Positions 17,961 through 28,191 of a DNA stretch of 64,000 bases are shown here, in pieces. Every line of letters starts with the position of its first letter. Positions within the stretch are counted from its first letter, which is position 1. Made by a program: the position numbers and the translations under genes. Source of the stretch: Candidatus Binatia bacterium (lineage in GTDB: Bacteria > Desulfobacterota > Binatia > HRBIN30); assembly GCA_038245295.1 (NCBI GenBank), contig JBBRSP010000028.1, positions 1-64,000 on the forward strand. Direction: 5' to 3'. The notes beneath the pieces were generated by a model that saw nothing but the letters and a program-made list of their open reading frames with translations, was not told the origin of the DNA and did no database searches.

Positions 17961-19040
17961 CTATTCGGCAGATGCTCCGACCCCATTGAGCCCCCGAACT
18001 ACCGCGAACACATCGCCGATGTCGTAGAAGTCGACGGTGACAAAGTTCGGCAGGCGATGGTCGACTTCCATGCATTGCCGCGCCCGGTCGATGAACAGCG
18101 GGTTATGGTTAATCATCTCCGCGAAGCGCGGCATACCGACGGTTTGAGTGAGGAAGTGGTTGAGGATGAACAGTGAGTTCGCCGTGTTGCCGCGATTCGG
18201 CGTGCAACTCAGATCGGCCGGGGTGGCGTACGAAAAGTTCGTCTCGAAGGCGTAGTCCCAGACGAAGTGGTACCAGGGAATCAGGCCACGATCGCGATCC
18301 GAGAAGACAACCAGGCGTCTGCCGCTGTCGATCATTTCGCGCAGCGTCGGCCAAGGCTCACCGAGTGGCTGCGTGTGGAGGAAGGGCATCAGCCCAGCTC
18401 GTTCAAACACCTCGGCCGTCTTCTCCGCCGAGACGTACGCCTCGAAGATGATGCTCACCACTTCGTTGGGATGCTGCTGCAGGAACAGACGAATGGCGGT
18501 GAGGCCTTCGACCAGGGGGCGGTGGCCGAGGATGGCGCAATCGGCGTGGCACAGGTAGACGTCGCCTTCGTACTCGTAGATGTCGGGCAGCAGTCCCCGC
18601 ACACCGTCTTCGAGCTGTCGCGCGATCGGATGATGTTGGTTCGGCGCCTGGAAGCCCTCGTCGGCGTTCGACATCGAGTTATGCGTCGTTGCGTAGGCAA
18701 CCTGATCGTAACGCCGGTCGCACAGTTCGACGTAACCATTGCAGCCGTTGACGTCGGGCGACGGACAGCCGACCAACGCGCGCTTCACCGCACCGACTAC
18801 TTCGTCGATCGTGACTTGGGCGTCACCGTCGGTATCGAAGGCGGGGCAGCGAGCAACATCCGCTTCGCCGAGGAGGATGTTGACGCCGGAAAGTAGCTCG
18901 TCGACGCTGACGTTGGAGTCGCCGTTACAGTCGCCGGAGCAAGAAGTCTGCAGCGCGCGGGCATTCGAAGCGCCAGCGGCCAGCAGCACCATTGAGACGA
19001 CACCAACTGCAAGCTTGGTCAAACATCGATCGTTGTTCAT
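17961..19040 (-). CDS. secreted PI-PLC-like phosphodiesterase with N-terminal GDC/dockerin-like Cys module
   Basis: signal peptide; CSGDCNGDSNVSVDELL; THNS, QLEDGVRGL, LCH, HPNEVV, NHFL, PNFVTVDFY. Confidence 0.8.
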   Translation of the reverse strand: MNNDRCLTKLAVGVVSMVLLAAGASNARALQTSCSGDCNGDSNVSVDELLSGVNILLGEADVARCPAFDTDGDAQVTIDEVVGAVKRALVGCPSPDVNGCNGYVELCDRRYDQVAYATTHNSMSNADEGFQAPNQHHPIARQLEDGVRGLLPDIYEYEGDVYLCHADCAILGHRPLVEGLTAIRLFLQQHPNEVVSIIFEAYVSAEKTAEVFERAGLMPFLHTQPLGEPWPTLREMIDSGRRLVVFSDRDRGLIPWYHFVWDYAFETNFSYATPADLSCTPNRGNTANSLFILNHFLTQTVGMPRFAEMINHNPLFIDRARQCMEVDHRLPNFVTVDFYDIGDVFAVVRGLNGVGASAE

Positions 19041-19196
19041 CGTTGGACTTCCATAGGCACCGCCGCAAGGCAGGGTCAATTGTGCGCCGACAAGATCAAG
19101 GCCACATGTGCGCCGACTAGCAGCGGAGTTCACCGAAGGGTGCCGATGCTCAATGCCTCTGCACGTCAAGGCCCCCAACAGTTCGTGCGCGTAATG

Positions 19197-20645
19197 TTAA
19201 CCGCCGACGACGCGGGAGTACCCCAACAACTCGCGGTTCCACCAAAGCCCGGTAGGGGCGCGCGTCGCTGCATCGGTGAACGTGTAGTGGTAGATGGCGA
19301 CCCGCAGCTTGGCGGGCGGCTCTCCGGGGAATGGGTTGATCGCGAACAGCGGCGCTACGGCCTCCGGCTTGTGCTGCATCTTGCGCAGTAGTGTGTCGAA
19401 GTACGGCGCGTCGCGGCGGCCGAGCAGGAGGAACCACATAAGGAAGTCGACGCGCGGCTGATACGGCGCCACGAAGCCGGGGGCGCGCAATGGATCGCCG
19501 GGCTTGTAGCGAAACTCATAGGGCAGCCAGGTTTGCCCGTCGCTCGAGCCTTCGATCACCGCCTCGCGGCGTACCAGGGTCATCGTGGCAAACAGGTGAT
19601 AGGCGTTGATGCTCCGTATGCCGCCGAGGACACGCCGCAGGGGGGTGAGCTGGGACGGAATCGAACCAACCAGAAACGGCAGAAAGGGGACGATGGAAAT
19701 CAGCACCAGCAGCGCCGCGGCAGCAACGAGTGGTGGCGTAGGCCACCACGGTCGCGCTGGAGGGACGCGAGAGCGTGGGCCCAGCCAAAGCAAGCGACGC
19801 ACCGAGTCCAGATGCCCGTCATCGAGCATCCACAAGCAGAGCAACGCCGACAGGTAGTTGAAGAAGCCGTAGTTCGCCGTGAGGATGACGACGACCTGCA
19901 GGCCGAACATCAGAAGGAACGCCGGCGCCCGCAGGAGACGCGGCGCAAACACGCACCACGGAACGATCAACTCGATGAAGAACGTTAGCAGCGCTGTGGC
20001 CTGATGCGCCCACAACGGCCACTGATGAGCATACCAGCCGAGCCACGTCGGGAGCGGCGCCGTTTCGTAGTAACTGACCATCGCCGTCAGATCTCGCCAC
20101 GTCGGGTCGCCGGCCAGCAGCTTGGCGGCACCCGACTCGACGTGCAGCCGGATCAGCAGCCACTGCATCAGGAACACGCCGGCCCAATGTGGCGCCGGCG
20201 CAGTTCGGCGACGGATGCCACCGGGAGCAATGAAGAGCGAAAAGAAGGCGGTTTCGAGAAGTAGGTTGTCCCATTGGAAGCTGAGAAACTCCTGCCCGAC
20301 GGTGACCAGCGATAGGTACAGGCCCCACAGGACGATCAGGGAGTATCGCGGTGCGATACGCAGCACCAGCAGAACCGACACTCCGGCGCCGAGCAGCGTG
20401 GCGGCTTCGAGCAACCAATCGCTACAGCCGAGCCAGAAGATTGTCGGCGCATCGAGCCAACGCCACGGCAGTGGACCATCGAACCGTGAGAGATACTGCG
20501 CCGCAGGCAGCAGGCCGTCGCTGCCGAGGAGCAATCCGATCTGTGCGTAGAGGGAGAGAAAGGCAACGCAGAAGACGGCGCCGAGCAGGCTGAGGTGCAG
20601 ATCACGCACCCCGGCGTGAGTAACTGCCCGATGTGGCTTTTCCAT
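19197..20645 (-). CDS. lipase maturation factor (LMF1) family membrane protein
   Basis: FLSFQWDNLLLE, DPTWRDLTA, YETAPLP, ANYGFFNYL, YEFRYKPGD, APYQPRVDFLMWF. Confidence 0.9.
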   Translation of the reverse strand: MEKPHRAVTHAGVRDLHLSLLGAVFCVAFLSLYAQIGLLLGSDGLLPAAQYLSRFDGPLPWRWLDAPTIFWLGCSDWLLEAATLLGAGVSVLLVLRIAPRYSLIVLWGLYLSLVTVGQEFLSFQWDNLLLETAFFSLFIAPGGIRRRTAPAPHWAGVFLMQWLLIRLHVESGAAKLLAGDPTWRDLTAMVSYYETAPLPTWLGWYAHQWPLWAHQATALLTFFIELIVPWCVFAPRLLRAPAFLLMFGLQVVVILTANYGFFNYLSALLCLWMLDDGHLDSVRRLLWLGPRSRVPPARPWWPTPPLVAAAALLVLISIVPFLPFLVGSIPSQLTPLRRVLGGIRSINAYHLFATMTLVRREAVIEGSSDGQTWLPYEFRYKPGDPLRAPGFVAPYQPRVDFLMWFLLLGRRDAPYFDTLLRKMQHKPEAVAPLFAINPFPGEPPAKLRVAIYHYTFTDAATRAPTGLWWNRELLGYSRVVGG

Positions 20646-20660
20646 CGTCGTCGGAACACA

Positions 20661-20740
20661 CCGCAGGCTAAAGCCGGCGGCTACCGGTCCCCATTTCCTT
20701 CTGCGCATTCAGGATGGTAGGCGCAGGCGTTAGCCTGCGG
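20661..20740. repeat. inverted GTAG-type REP pair
   Basis: 20661-20685 and 20716-20740. Confidence 0.8.
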
Positions 20741-20796
20741 CACCGCTGAGCGCAGGCTGACCATCTCGAGATTGCCGTACAGAGCGATGCGCTCCA

Positions 20797-23151
20797 TCAA
20801 CGATGAGTAATCGAGATATGACGGCGGCCGGCCGCACCGATCCGGGCACGCAAATGCCAATGCCCGGTGGCAGCATCGTACGACCACGACTCACCGTCGG
20901 CATTCGACGACGCAGGCACCTCTTCCAACGCACCGGCTTGCCAACCGGAAATCGCCCGAGGCGGTTGCGCCGACCAGCCATTGATCTCCGCCAGGGAGCC
21001 CGGCACGCCGAGAATATCGAAGTGAATCCTTGGGCCGTCGACGCCAACATGGTCGATGCGGCGGTCGCCCATCGTCGCGTACTTGGTGGTGTCGCCAAAG
21101 ACGGTGATGTCACCGGGGAGGACTGGGCAGACGACGCGGTAGTCCCAGTCTTGGAATCCAAGGCCGGCATCCCACCCACCGGTGCTGTCCAGACGCATCG
21201 AAGTGCCGCGACGCCAATCGTAGACGATCACCGGCTGACTCGGCGCCAGGACACCAAAGTCGCTCAGCTGCACATGGAATGCGAGGTCCTGTTTCTCGCG
21301 CCAGGCGTTGAAGCTCGTCACATACAGCCAGGTTCCCGCCGGGTGCTCCGAGTAACACTCGCCGATCAACGGTTCGGCGAAGAGAAAGGCGTTATGGCGG
21401 AAGCAACGATCGAGAGCAGCGATCGGCACATCGGGTTTGATCAACACACCGTCCTCGCGACAGGTGCGCAGGATCAGGTCGCGATTGGCGTGACCGATCT
21501 GATCGCCAATCCCGACGGGCCCGGTGCTGAGCGCCGACAACATTGCCTCGATCTCGGCGTACGGCTCGCCACCGTGCTGCGGCGTTGGGCCGTGCGACAG
21601 GAAGAGATCCTTGAAGGCGCGCAATCCGAGGGCGCGCGCCATGGCGTTGGTTTGGAGGAACCACACCCAGTTGAGCCCGTTGTCGAACAGGTAGCGGTAG
21701 TCGCCGCTGGTGCGGATCGAGGCCAGGTTGCGCAGGCTGACGCTTTGCATGAAGTCGGCGGGTGTCGACATGCACCACATGAGGTGCAGCCCATGTTCGC
21801 CGGCGGCGCGATCCATGTTCTCCTGCCACTCGCGGGCGCGATCCGGCACCTCGCGCAACCCACGCACATGGAGGAAGGAATCAACCATCCAGTCTTGTTC
21901 GTACGTCTCGGCACCCCAACGCTCCGCATTCGCCATCATCTCGTCGTACAACTCGGGTCCCGACGGATGGGCAAACTCGCGGTCGCGCCAGGCGGCGTAT
22001 CGTTCGAAATACGGCGAGTCGATCGAGAAGTGCCGGCTGTGGAACGACAGCGGCAGATGGCCGAGGCGTGATTGCAGCGACGTGAAGCCTTCCGGGAACA
22101 AGTCAGGGCGCGGCTCCCACAGCATCATGCCGCTCGGCGGCACGAGATCGGCGCCGGCATCACTGACCTCACGTGGGATGCGGTGGCTGTAGAACCACGA
22201 GTCCAAATGCACCGAGGCGATCGGCACGTCGCGCGCGTCGAGATCATCGACCACTTTCTCGAGCGTCTGCGTGTAATCGCAGCCGGGCTCGGTGCGGTAG
22301 TAATAGACGCCGCCGTTGTCGGTCCAATACGACAACTTGCCGAGCAGGTCGTCGCAGTAGCGACTGAGACGGCGCGTATGATGGCGTTGCTGCAGCAACG
22401 TGCCCCACTCGGTCAGCGCCTGGCGCGGCGTCGGCGCCGCCCATACGGCGAACTCCGTGGCAAAACCTTCCGGGACGAGGGACAGATCACCATGCCAGCC
22501 ACACAGAACACCGTGCTCGGCGTGTTCCGCGTCTGGCGGCACCGAGATGATCTGCTCATGGAACTGATTGAGTGGGGCCAGCAGAAGGGTTCGGCAGTCC
22601 GGCGCGATCCAGCACAACGGCTCGACGACGCTGACCCGATGCGGCGCCATCAGAAAGCCGCGGCAGGCATCGTCACCGCTGACCGGCAAAGCAAACTCGG
22701 CGTATTGATAGCCAAAGGTGCGCGTGTCGGGAGCGATGCCGTCGGCGGACCGCCGAAGCGGGAAGAATGCCGGCCACGCCAACGTCGGCTGCACGAACGA
22801 TCCGCTACCCAACTGGCACAGGGCTTCGGGAGCTTCGCTCCGAAAGACCAGGAGTGGGCGCTGTGCATAGGCGCGCACGGAGGTGTGCGCGGCGAAAGGC
22901 ATGCCGCCCCATTCGATGCGCACGGCTTCGAAAGCGCCGAGATCGTCGCTGCCGTGAGAGCGCGTCAACGACGGACTCAGACGTTCGTCGCCGACTGCGC
23001 CGGCACCGTGACGCACCACCTCGCCGGCGCGCGCGATGATGCCGAGCGGACCCAGCCAATCAGCCTCGCGCCAGGCAATGCGCCAGTGGGGCGCGTCGTC
23101 CAACAACAAGGTCAGACCATCGGCAGCGTGCAACTCGATTGGTACCGTCAT
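20797..23151 (-). CDS. putative clan GH-D-like (Sip1/GH36-like) glycoside hydrolase
   Basis: LDSWFY, YEQDW, IRTSGDY, LSTGPVGIGD, CREDGVLIKPD. Confidence 0.6.
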   Translation of the reverse strand: MTVPIELHAADGLTLLLDDAPHWRIAWREADWLGPLGIIARAGEVVRHGAGAVGDERLSPSLTRSHGSDDLGAFEAVRIEWGGMPFAAHTSVRAYAQRPLLVFRSEAPEALCQLGSGSFVQPTLAWPAFFPLRRSADGIAPDTRTFGYQYAEFALPVSGDDACRGFLMAPHRVSVVEPLCWIAPDCRTLLLAPLNQFHEQIISVPPDAEHAEHGVLCGWHGDLSLVPEGFATEFAVWAAPTPRQALTEWGTLLQQRHHTRRLSRYCDDLLGKLSYWTDNGGVYYYRTEPGCDYTQTLEKVVDDLDARDVPIASVHLDSWFYSHRIPREVSDAGADLVPPSGMMLWEPRPDLFPEGFTSLQSRLGHLPLSFHSRHFSIDSPYFERYAAWRDREFAHPSGPELYDEMMANAERWGAETYEQDWMVDSFLHVRGLREVPDRAREWQENMDRAAGEHGLHLMWCMSTPADFMQSVSLRNLASIRTSGDYRYLFDNGLNWVWFLQTNAMARALGLRAFKDLFLSHGPTPQHGGEPYAEIEAMLSALSTGPVGIGDQIGHANRDLILRTCREDGVLIKPDVPIAALDRCFRHNAFLFAEPLIGECYSEHPAGTWLYVTSFNAWREKQDLAFHVQLSDFGVLAPSQPVIVYDWRRGTSMRLDSTGGWDAGLGFQDWDYRVVCPVLPGDITVFGDTTKYATMGDRRIDHVGVDGPRIHFDILGVPGSLAEINGWSAQPPRAISGWQAGALEEVPASSNADGESWSYDAATGHWHLRARIGAAGRRHISITHR

Positions 23152-23200
23152 ACGTCGCTCTTCTAAAGGCGAATCGTCGCCGGAGCAAACGCGCGCAGCA

Positions 23201-23416
23201 CCGCAGGCTGAAAGAGGCTGTCTCAAAACATAGACTCACCCTTCGACGGGCTCAGGGCGAGCGGACAAAATGTCTTTGAAAATCAACCAAGCACCCGCTC
23301 AGGCTGAGCCTGTCGAAGCCGGCTCCGCAAGGTTTTGAGACAGCCTCTGAAAGCCTGCGCCTACCGGCTGCGACCGGGTCGGAACAAGGTCGGTAGGCGC
23401 AAGCTTCAGCTTGCGG
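23201..23416. repeat. GTAG-type REP pair, left copy interrupted by a MITE
   Basis: CCGCAGGC TGAAA [insert] TGAAA GCCTGCGCCTACC; partner at 23392-23416. Confidence 0.8.
23214..23347. mobile_element. 134-bp MITE with 16-bp perfect TIRs (IS1182-like ends)
   Basis: GAGGCTGTCTCAAAAC ... GTTTTGAGACAGCCTC flanked by direct TGAAA. Confidence 0.85.
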
Positions 23417-23454
23417 CGGAGCGGCAGCCGACGTTGCCGCGAGTTGGGACGAAG

Positions 23455-23826
23455 TCAGAACGGAAGTTCGTATTTGAGAGGAACGCGGCGCTCCTTCGCC
23501 GGCCCCTTCCAGCGCCACGCTTTCATGTCGATGGCGCCCGAGCGGCTGAAGGCGACGCCTTCTGCTTCGAGCAGCGTGCGCTGACGGTCGGGGCGATAGA
23601 CGTCGCCGTGAATGCTGATGCGCCCGGCGGCGTTGACGACGCGTTGCCACGGAACGACGGTGTGAAGTGAGCGCGGCAATTGCCGCAGAGCGGTGCCGAC
23701 GGCGCGCGCCGCGCGCGGGTGGCCGAGGATGGCGGCGACCTGACCGTAGGTCACCACCTTGCCGCGTGGCACCCGCCGAACGAGTTGATAGACAGCTCGA
23801 TGGAAGACGGGGACGCTGGTTTTCAC
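23455..23826 (-). CDS. alkyltransferase-like protein (ATL, MGMT family)
   Basis: VPRGKVVTYGQVA, ARAVG, VPWQRVVN (Trp replaces the catalytic Cys); GTG overlaps upstream TGA. Confidence 0.85.
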   Translation of the reverse strand: MKTSVPVFHRAVYQLVRRVPRGKVVTYGQVAAILGHPRAARAVGTALRQLPRSLHTVVPWQRVVNAAGRISIHGDVYRPDRQRTLLEAEGVAFSRSGAIDMKAWRWKGPAKERRVPLKYELPF

Positions 23827-24116
23827 GCCGAGTGTGGCAGCGTCTCTGGATTCACCGGCAGCGGCGCCGGTTCCGCTTGCAGGCGCGCCAGGCGACGGAA
23901 GTAGAAAACGACGGCGAGGATCATGCCGACAATGCCAAACGGCAGCAATGACAATGAGATGGTGCTCCAGAAGTAGGTATCGGACAGCTTGGCGTTGTCT
24001 TGGGCCAAACAACCGGGGCATGCGGCAGCCAGGTTCGGCCCCATCAGCAGAAGAGCACCGACGATGAGGGCTAGCGCCGCTCGCGGGTTAGATCTCGTCG
24101 CCCCGGCGAAGACCAA
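23823..24116 (-). CDS. small membrane protein with CxxC after signal peptide (start uncertain)
   Basis: ALLLMGPNLAAACPGC...YFWSTISLSLLPFGIVGMILAVVFYFRR. Confidence 0.6.
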   Translation of the reverse strand: MVFAGATRSNPRAALALIVGALLLMGPNLAAACPGCLAQDNAKLSDTYFWSTISLSLLPFGIVGMILAVVFYFRRLARLQAEPAPLPVNPETLPHSA

Positions 24117-24167
24117 GGCCCAGTGATGGAATCCTTGCCTACCGCGCAGATTCGGTACCGGCTCGGG

Positions 24168-24190
24168 GTCCCGGCCTTCGCCGGGACGAC
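24168..24190 (-). repeat. REP palindrome of a second family (GTCGTCCCGGC-GAAG-GCCGGGAC)
   Basis: uninterrupted match to the palindrome split by the MITE at 61749. Confidence 0.75.
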
Positions 24191-24204
24191 ACCGACCCTT
24201 TGGT

Positions 24205-24798
24205 CTACTGATAGACGACGACATAAAGCACCAGCCAGACGAAAATGATGAAGAACCAATAGATCTGCGCCGCACTGACGCCTCCGAAGTGGGTGGCTGA
24301 GTAGCGACCACGACGCGTGTCGTATGCCACAATCGCCAAGAACAACAGCCCACCCAGCAGGTGGATCGCATGGGCGCCGACCAACGTGTAGAAAACGCCG
24401 GCGTAGTTGCCGCCGCTCGCCCCGAGCCCGTGATTGACCAACCGGATCCACTCGCTGCCCTGCACGACCAAGAATATTGTTCCGAGGGCGGCGGTGATCG
24501 CCAGCCACTGAGCCGCCGTTCGGATATTGCTGCGACGCAGCGCTCCCGAGGCACGCGCAACGGTGAAGCCGCTGAACAACAGGAGTGCGGTATTCGCCGC
24601 CGTGACGGGGCCGGGCAGACGCGGCTGATTCGGTGGGGGCCAGGCAATCGCCCCGGCTTTCAAGATCATGAAGGCGCTCATCAAGCCGGCGAAGAACATC
24701 GTCGCCGCACCGATGAAGATGAGGACGCCGATGACGGCACTCGGCACCAGAGGCCGTGTCGGGCCAACGCCCGATCTCATAGGCAGGGCAGCGCCCAT
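24205..24798 (-). CDS. cytochrome c oxidase subunit III family protein (second paralog)
   Basis: MFFAGL, NTALLLFSG, FYTLVGAHAIHL, IYWFF. Confidence 0.85.
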   Translation of the reverse strand: MGAALPMRSGVGPTRPLVPSAVIGVLIFIGAATMFFAGLMSAFMILKAGAIAWPPPNQPRLPGPVTAANTALLLFSGFTVARASGALRRSNIRTAAQWLAITAALGTIFLVVQGSEWIRLVNHGLGASGGNYAGVFYTLVGAHAIHLLGGLLFLAIVAYDTRRGRYSATHFGGVSAAQIYWFFIIFVWLVLYVVVYQ

Positions 24799-25110
24799 CT
24801 ACTCATGCGCTTCCATCGCCGGGGGCGGCGGCGGCGCTTTACGCGGATCCAGCGTCGCATCCGCAACGATGTAGATCAGGATTCCTGCCAACACGACGGG
24901 AATTCCGATGAGAGCGTAAATCATCGAAGGCACGCCGTGGACATGCATGTAGTGGCGCAGCACCAGGAACGCCTTGACCACGGCAACAGCGAAGATGAGG
25001 TAGACGGCGATGCCGTGCGGCAGCTTGAGGCAAGCGACGCCAAGCACCAGCAAGACCATCAAGAAGATCCAGATGGTTCCGTATCCGATCGAGGGCTTTT
25101 CTGCACTCAT
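24799..25110 (-). CDS. cytochrome c oxidase subunit IV family protein
   Basis: three TMs; AVVKAFLVLRHYMH. Confidence 0.82.
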   Translation of the reverse strand: MSAEKPSIGYGTIWIFLMVLLVLGVACLKLPHGIAVYLIFAVAVVKAFLVLRHYMHVHGVPSMIYALIGIPVVLAGILIYIVADATLDPRKAPPPPPAMEAHE

Positions 25111-25135
25111 TGGTTTGCCTCGCAGTCCTGTTGCT

Positions 25136-25735
25136 TCACGCCAAGTAGAGGAGCGGGAAGAGGAAGATCCACACCACGTCGACGAAGTGCCAATACAAGC
25201 CGGCATACTCGACGCGATGTTTCACCAGATCCCAACTCGCGCGATAAGTTGCCAGGAAGAGGATGAAGTTGACGATGATGCCGCCAATGACGTGTAGCCC
25301 ATGCAGCCCGGTCATAGTGTAATAGAATGACCAGAACGTGCTCGTCCAAGGCACAAACCCGTGGCTGATTTCGCGCGAGTACTCGAAGGTCTTGAAGCAC
25401 AGGAACAGGCAGCCGAGGAGTACCGTAATCAACAGATTACGGCGCGCGCCTTCGCGATCACCCGCTTCGGCGGCGGCGTGTGCCTGCACGATGGTCAGAC
25501 TGCTGGTGACCAGGACAATCGTATTCATGATGGCGATCGTCGCGTTGAGGTGGGCGCGCTCGGCATCCCAACCGCCAGCGGCGATGCGCATCAGCGCATA
25601 GGTGCCCATGAAGGTTCCAAAGACGCAGATTTCGGAAGATAAGAACCACCACATCCCAGCCCGCCCGAAGGGCAGTTGGGCGAACGGGCCGCCTTCGTAC
25701 TGCGGATGTGCTGCGGTTGTCGTGGCGCTGCTCAT
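25136..25735 (-). CDS. ctaE: cytochrome c oxidase subunit III
   Basis: [41 protein letters not shown]. Confidence 0.92.
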   Translation of the reverse strand: MSSATTTAAHPQYEGGPFAQLPFGRAGMWWFLSSEICVFGTFMGTYALMRIAAGGWDAERAHLNATIAIMNTIVLVTSSLTIVQAHAAAEAGDREGARRNLLITVLLGCLFLCFKTFEYSREISHGFVPWTSTFWSFYYTMTGLHGLHVIGGIIVNFILFLATYRASWDLVKHRVEYAGLYWHFVDVVWIFLFPLLYLA

Positions 25736-27456
25736 GACACACCTCGTACGGATGGCACCCACTGCGGCGTCCAGTCCTGTTTCGCGCCCGGCTCGCTAAA
25801 ATCGTAGGGATCACGATACACCGTCGGGACCGTCTCGAAATTGATGTGCGGCGGCGGTGACGACGTCGCCCATTCCAGCGTGTTGGCGTTCCACGGATTG
25901 TCGCCCGCTACTTCGCCGGCGAAGTAGCTCCACACGATGTTGATGACCAACAGGCTCTGCGCCAGGATCAGAACGATCGCGGCGTACGTGACGAATACGT
26001 GCGTCGGCTGGATCTCCTTCAAGAACTCGTACTGCAGCGGGTTGTAGATGCGCCGCATGTGGCCGGCGATGCCGACGAAGAACAGCGGGATGAAAACGCA
26101 GTTGAAGGACACCGTCGTGATCAAGCAGTGCAGCTTGCCAAGAGTCTCGTTCATCATGCGGCCGGTCATCTTGGGGAACCAGTAGTAGAGACCGGTGAAG
26201 CCGCCGAGAAACACCGACGGGAACAACGTGTAGTGGAAGTGCGCCACCACGTAGTAGGTGCCGTGGAGATAGATATCGATGGCCGCCGAGCCGAGGAAGA
26301 TGCCGGTAACGCCGCCGACCAGGAAGGTGGCGAGAGTAGAAAGCGCAAACAGCATCGGCGTGGCAAATCGAATCGACGCACCCCAAAGGGTGGCGATCAT
26401 CGAAAACATCATCACGGCGAACGGCACCGAGATGAGGATCGTGGTGATGCTGAATGGTGTCGCGAGACGCGCATCGATGCCGCTGACAAACATGTGGTGC
26501 GCCCACACGACGAAGCTCAAGATCCCGGCAGCAATCGTCGAGTAGATGATCGCCTTGTACCCGTAGACCGGCTTGCGCGAGAACACCGGCAAGACCTCGA
26601 GGATCATGCCGAAACCCGGCAGGAGAACGACGTACACTTCGGGGTGACCGAAGAACCAGAACAGGTGCTGGAAGAGCAACGGGTCGCCGCCACGCGCCGG
26701 CAGGAAGAAGCCCGTGCCCATCGTCCGATCGAGCAGCAGCATGATACCGCCGGCTGCGATCGGCCCAACCGACAGCATGAACAGCACGGCGGCAGTGATC
26801 TCCATCCAGACGAACAGCGGCAGACGCCAAAGCGACAAGCCCGGGGCGCGCATGTTGATCGTCGTCACCATGAAGTTCACACCGCCCATCAGGAACGAAG
26901 CGAACTCGACGATGATCGCCAGCAGCCACAAATGGCCGCCCCAGTTGACGCCGCTCAGATTAGGATCGGCGGAGAGTGGGGGATACGACGTCCAACCGCC
27001 GGCCGCCGGACCACCCGGAACGAACCACGATGCCGTGAGGATGCAGGACGCCACGAAGATCGTCCAGAACGACATCATGTTGAGCCGCGGGAAAGCCATA
27101 TCTGGAGCCCCGACCATCAATGGTAGGAAGTAATTGCCGAACCCGCCGAGCAAGATCGGCATGGCAACGAAGAAGATCATAATCGTGCCATGCATGGTGA
27201 CGAATGCGTTGTATTGATCTGGCCCGAAGAATCCCGACTCCTGCATCAATCCCAGGATCGGTGCTTCGGTCTCCGGCCATGCCAGCTGCCAGCGAATGAG
27301 AAACGCGGTGAAGCCGCCGATGATCGCCATCGCGAAACCGAGCGTCAGGTACTGCTTGCCGATCACCTTGTGGTCGACCGAGAAGATGTACTTGCGCCAG
27401 AACGATGTCGGCTCGTGGTGCCCCGCGTGTACTTCTGCGTGTGCTCCTGCCTGCAT
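25732..27456 (-). CDS. ctaD: cytochrome c oxidase subunit I, A1 type
   Basis: SVDHKVIG (D-channel Asp), [34 protein letters not shown]. Confidence 0.96.
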   Translation of the reverse strand: MQAGAHAEVHAGHHEPTSFWRKYIFSVDHKVIGKQYLTLGFAMAIIGGFTAFLIRWQLAWPETEAPILGLMQESGFFGPDQYNAFVTMHGTIMIFFVAMPILLGGFGNYFLPLMVGAPDMAFPRLNMMSFWTIFVASCILTASWFVPGGPAAGGWTSYPPLSADPNLSGVNWGGHLWLLAIIVEFASFLMGGVNFMVTTINMRAPGLSLWRLPLFVWMEITAAVLFMLSVGPIAAGGIMLLLDRTMGTGFFLPARGGDPLLFQHLFWFFGHPEVYVVLLPGFGMILEVLPVFSRKPVYGYKAIIYSTIAAGILSFVVWAHHMFVSGIDARLATPFSITTILISVPFAVMMFSMIATLWGASIRFATPMLFALSTLATFLVGGVTGIFLGSAAIDIYLHGTYYVVAHFHYTLFPSVFLGGFTGLYYWFPKMTGRMMNETLGKLHCLITTVSFNCVFIPLFFVGIAGHMRRIYNPLQYEFLKEIQPTHVFVTYAAIVLILAQSLLVINIVWSYFAGEVAGDNPWNANTLEWATSSPPPHINFETVPTVYRDPYDFSEPGAKQDWTPQWVPSVRGVS

Positions 27457-27480
27457 GATCTCTACCTTCCCCTCAGCAAG

Positions 27481-28191
27481 TTAACTGGCCGTGTCGTTGG
27501 TCGACGCCGCTTTTGCCGTGGCAGGCCAACGCTCGGATACCCACTTGTCGTACTCTTCGGGTGTGTGGACGAAGAACGCGCCCTTCATCCCAGAGTGGCC
27601 GAAGCCGCACAACTCGGCACAGACGACCTCGTATTCTCCCGGCTTGGTCGCATTGAACCACATCTTGATGGTGCGGCCGGGAACAGCGTCCTGCTTGAGC
27701 CGCACGTTGGGTAGGAAGAAGCTGTGCAAAACGTCCTTGGCCTGCAGATCCAACAGAATGTTCTTGTTGACCGGAACGTGCAACTCGTCGCCGATGGTCA
27801 GATCATCATCGGTGCCGAACTTGCCGTCCGGCCCCGGGTAGGTGAACTCCCACTGGAATTGCTTGCCGCTGACGTGAACCTCAACGCCCGAGGTCGGGAA
27901 GTGATCGACTTCCTTGATGCGCGCCCACAGCGGGCCGCTCTTGGCTTCGATGACCATATCCAACCCGAAGACGATGATGGTGGGAACGAGGACCCACGCC
28001 AGTTGGCTCCAGGTGTCGCCTCGGATGTACTGCGCCGGGTGTCCGGCGCGGCGACGGTAGCGTATCATCAAGTAGAATAGGAGAACTTCCGCGGCGACGA
28101 ACCAGGCGCCGACGACGTAGTATACGAAGTAATACAGGGAATCGAGATCGCCCCCGTAGGTGGAGATATTCTCCGGAAACCAACTACCCAT
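27481..28191 (-). CDS. coxB: cytochrome c oxidase subunit II (no cytochrome c fusion)
   Basis: two TMs; QFQW, DVLHSF, DAVPG, CAELCGFGHSGM. Confidence 0.94.
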   Translation of the reverse strand: MGSWFPENISTYGGDLDSLYYFVYYVVGAWFVAAEVLLFYLMIRYRRRAGHPAQYIRGDTWSQLAWVLVPTIIVFGLDMVIEAKSGPLWARIKEVDHFPTSGVEVHVSGKQFQWEFTYPGPDGKFGTDDDLTIGDELHVPVNKNILLDLQAKDVLHSFFLPNVRLKQDAVPGRTIKMWFNATKPGEYEVVCAELCGFGHSGMKGAFFVHTPEEYDKWVSERWPATAKAASTNDTAS

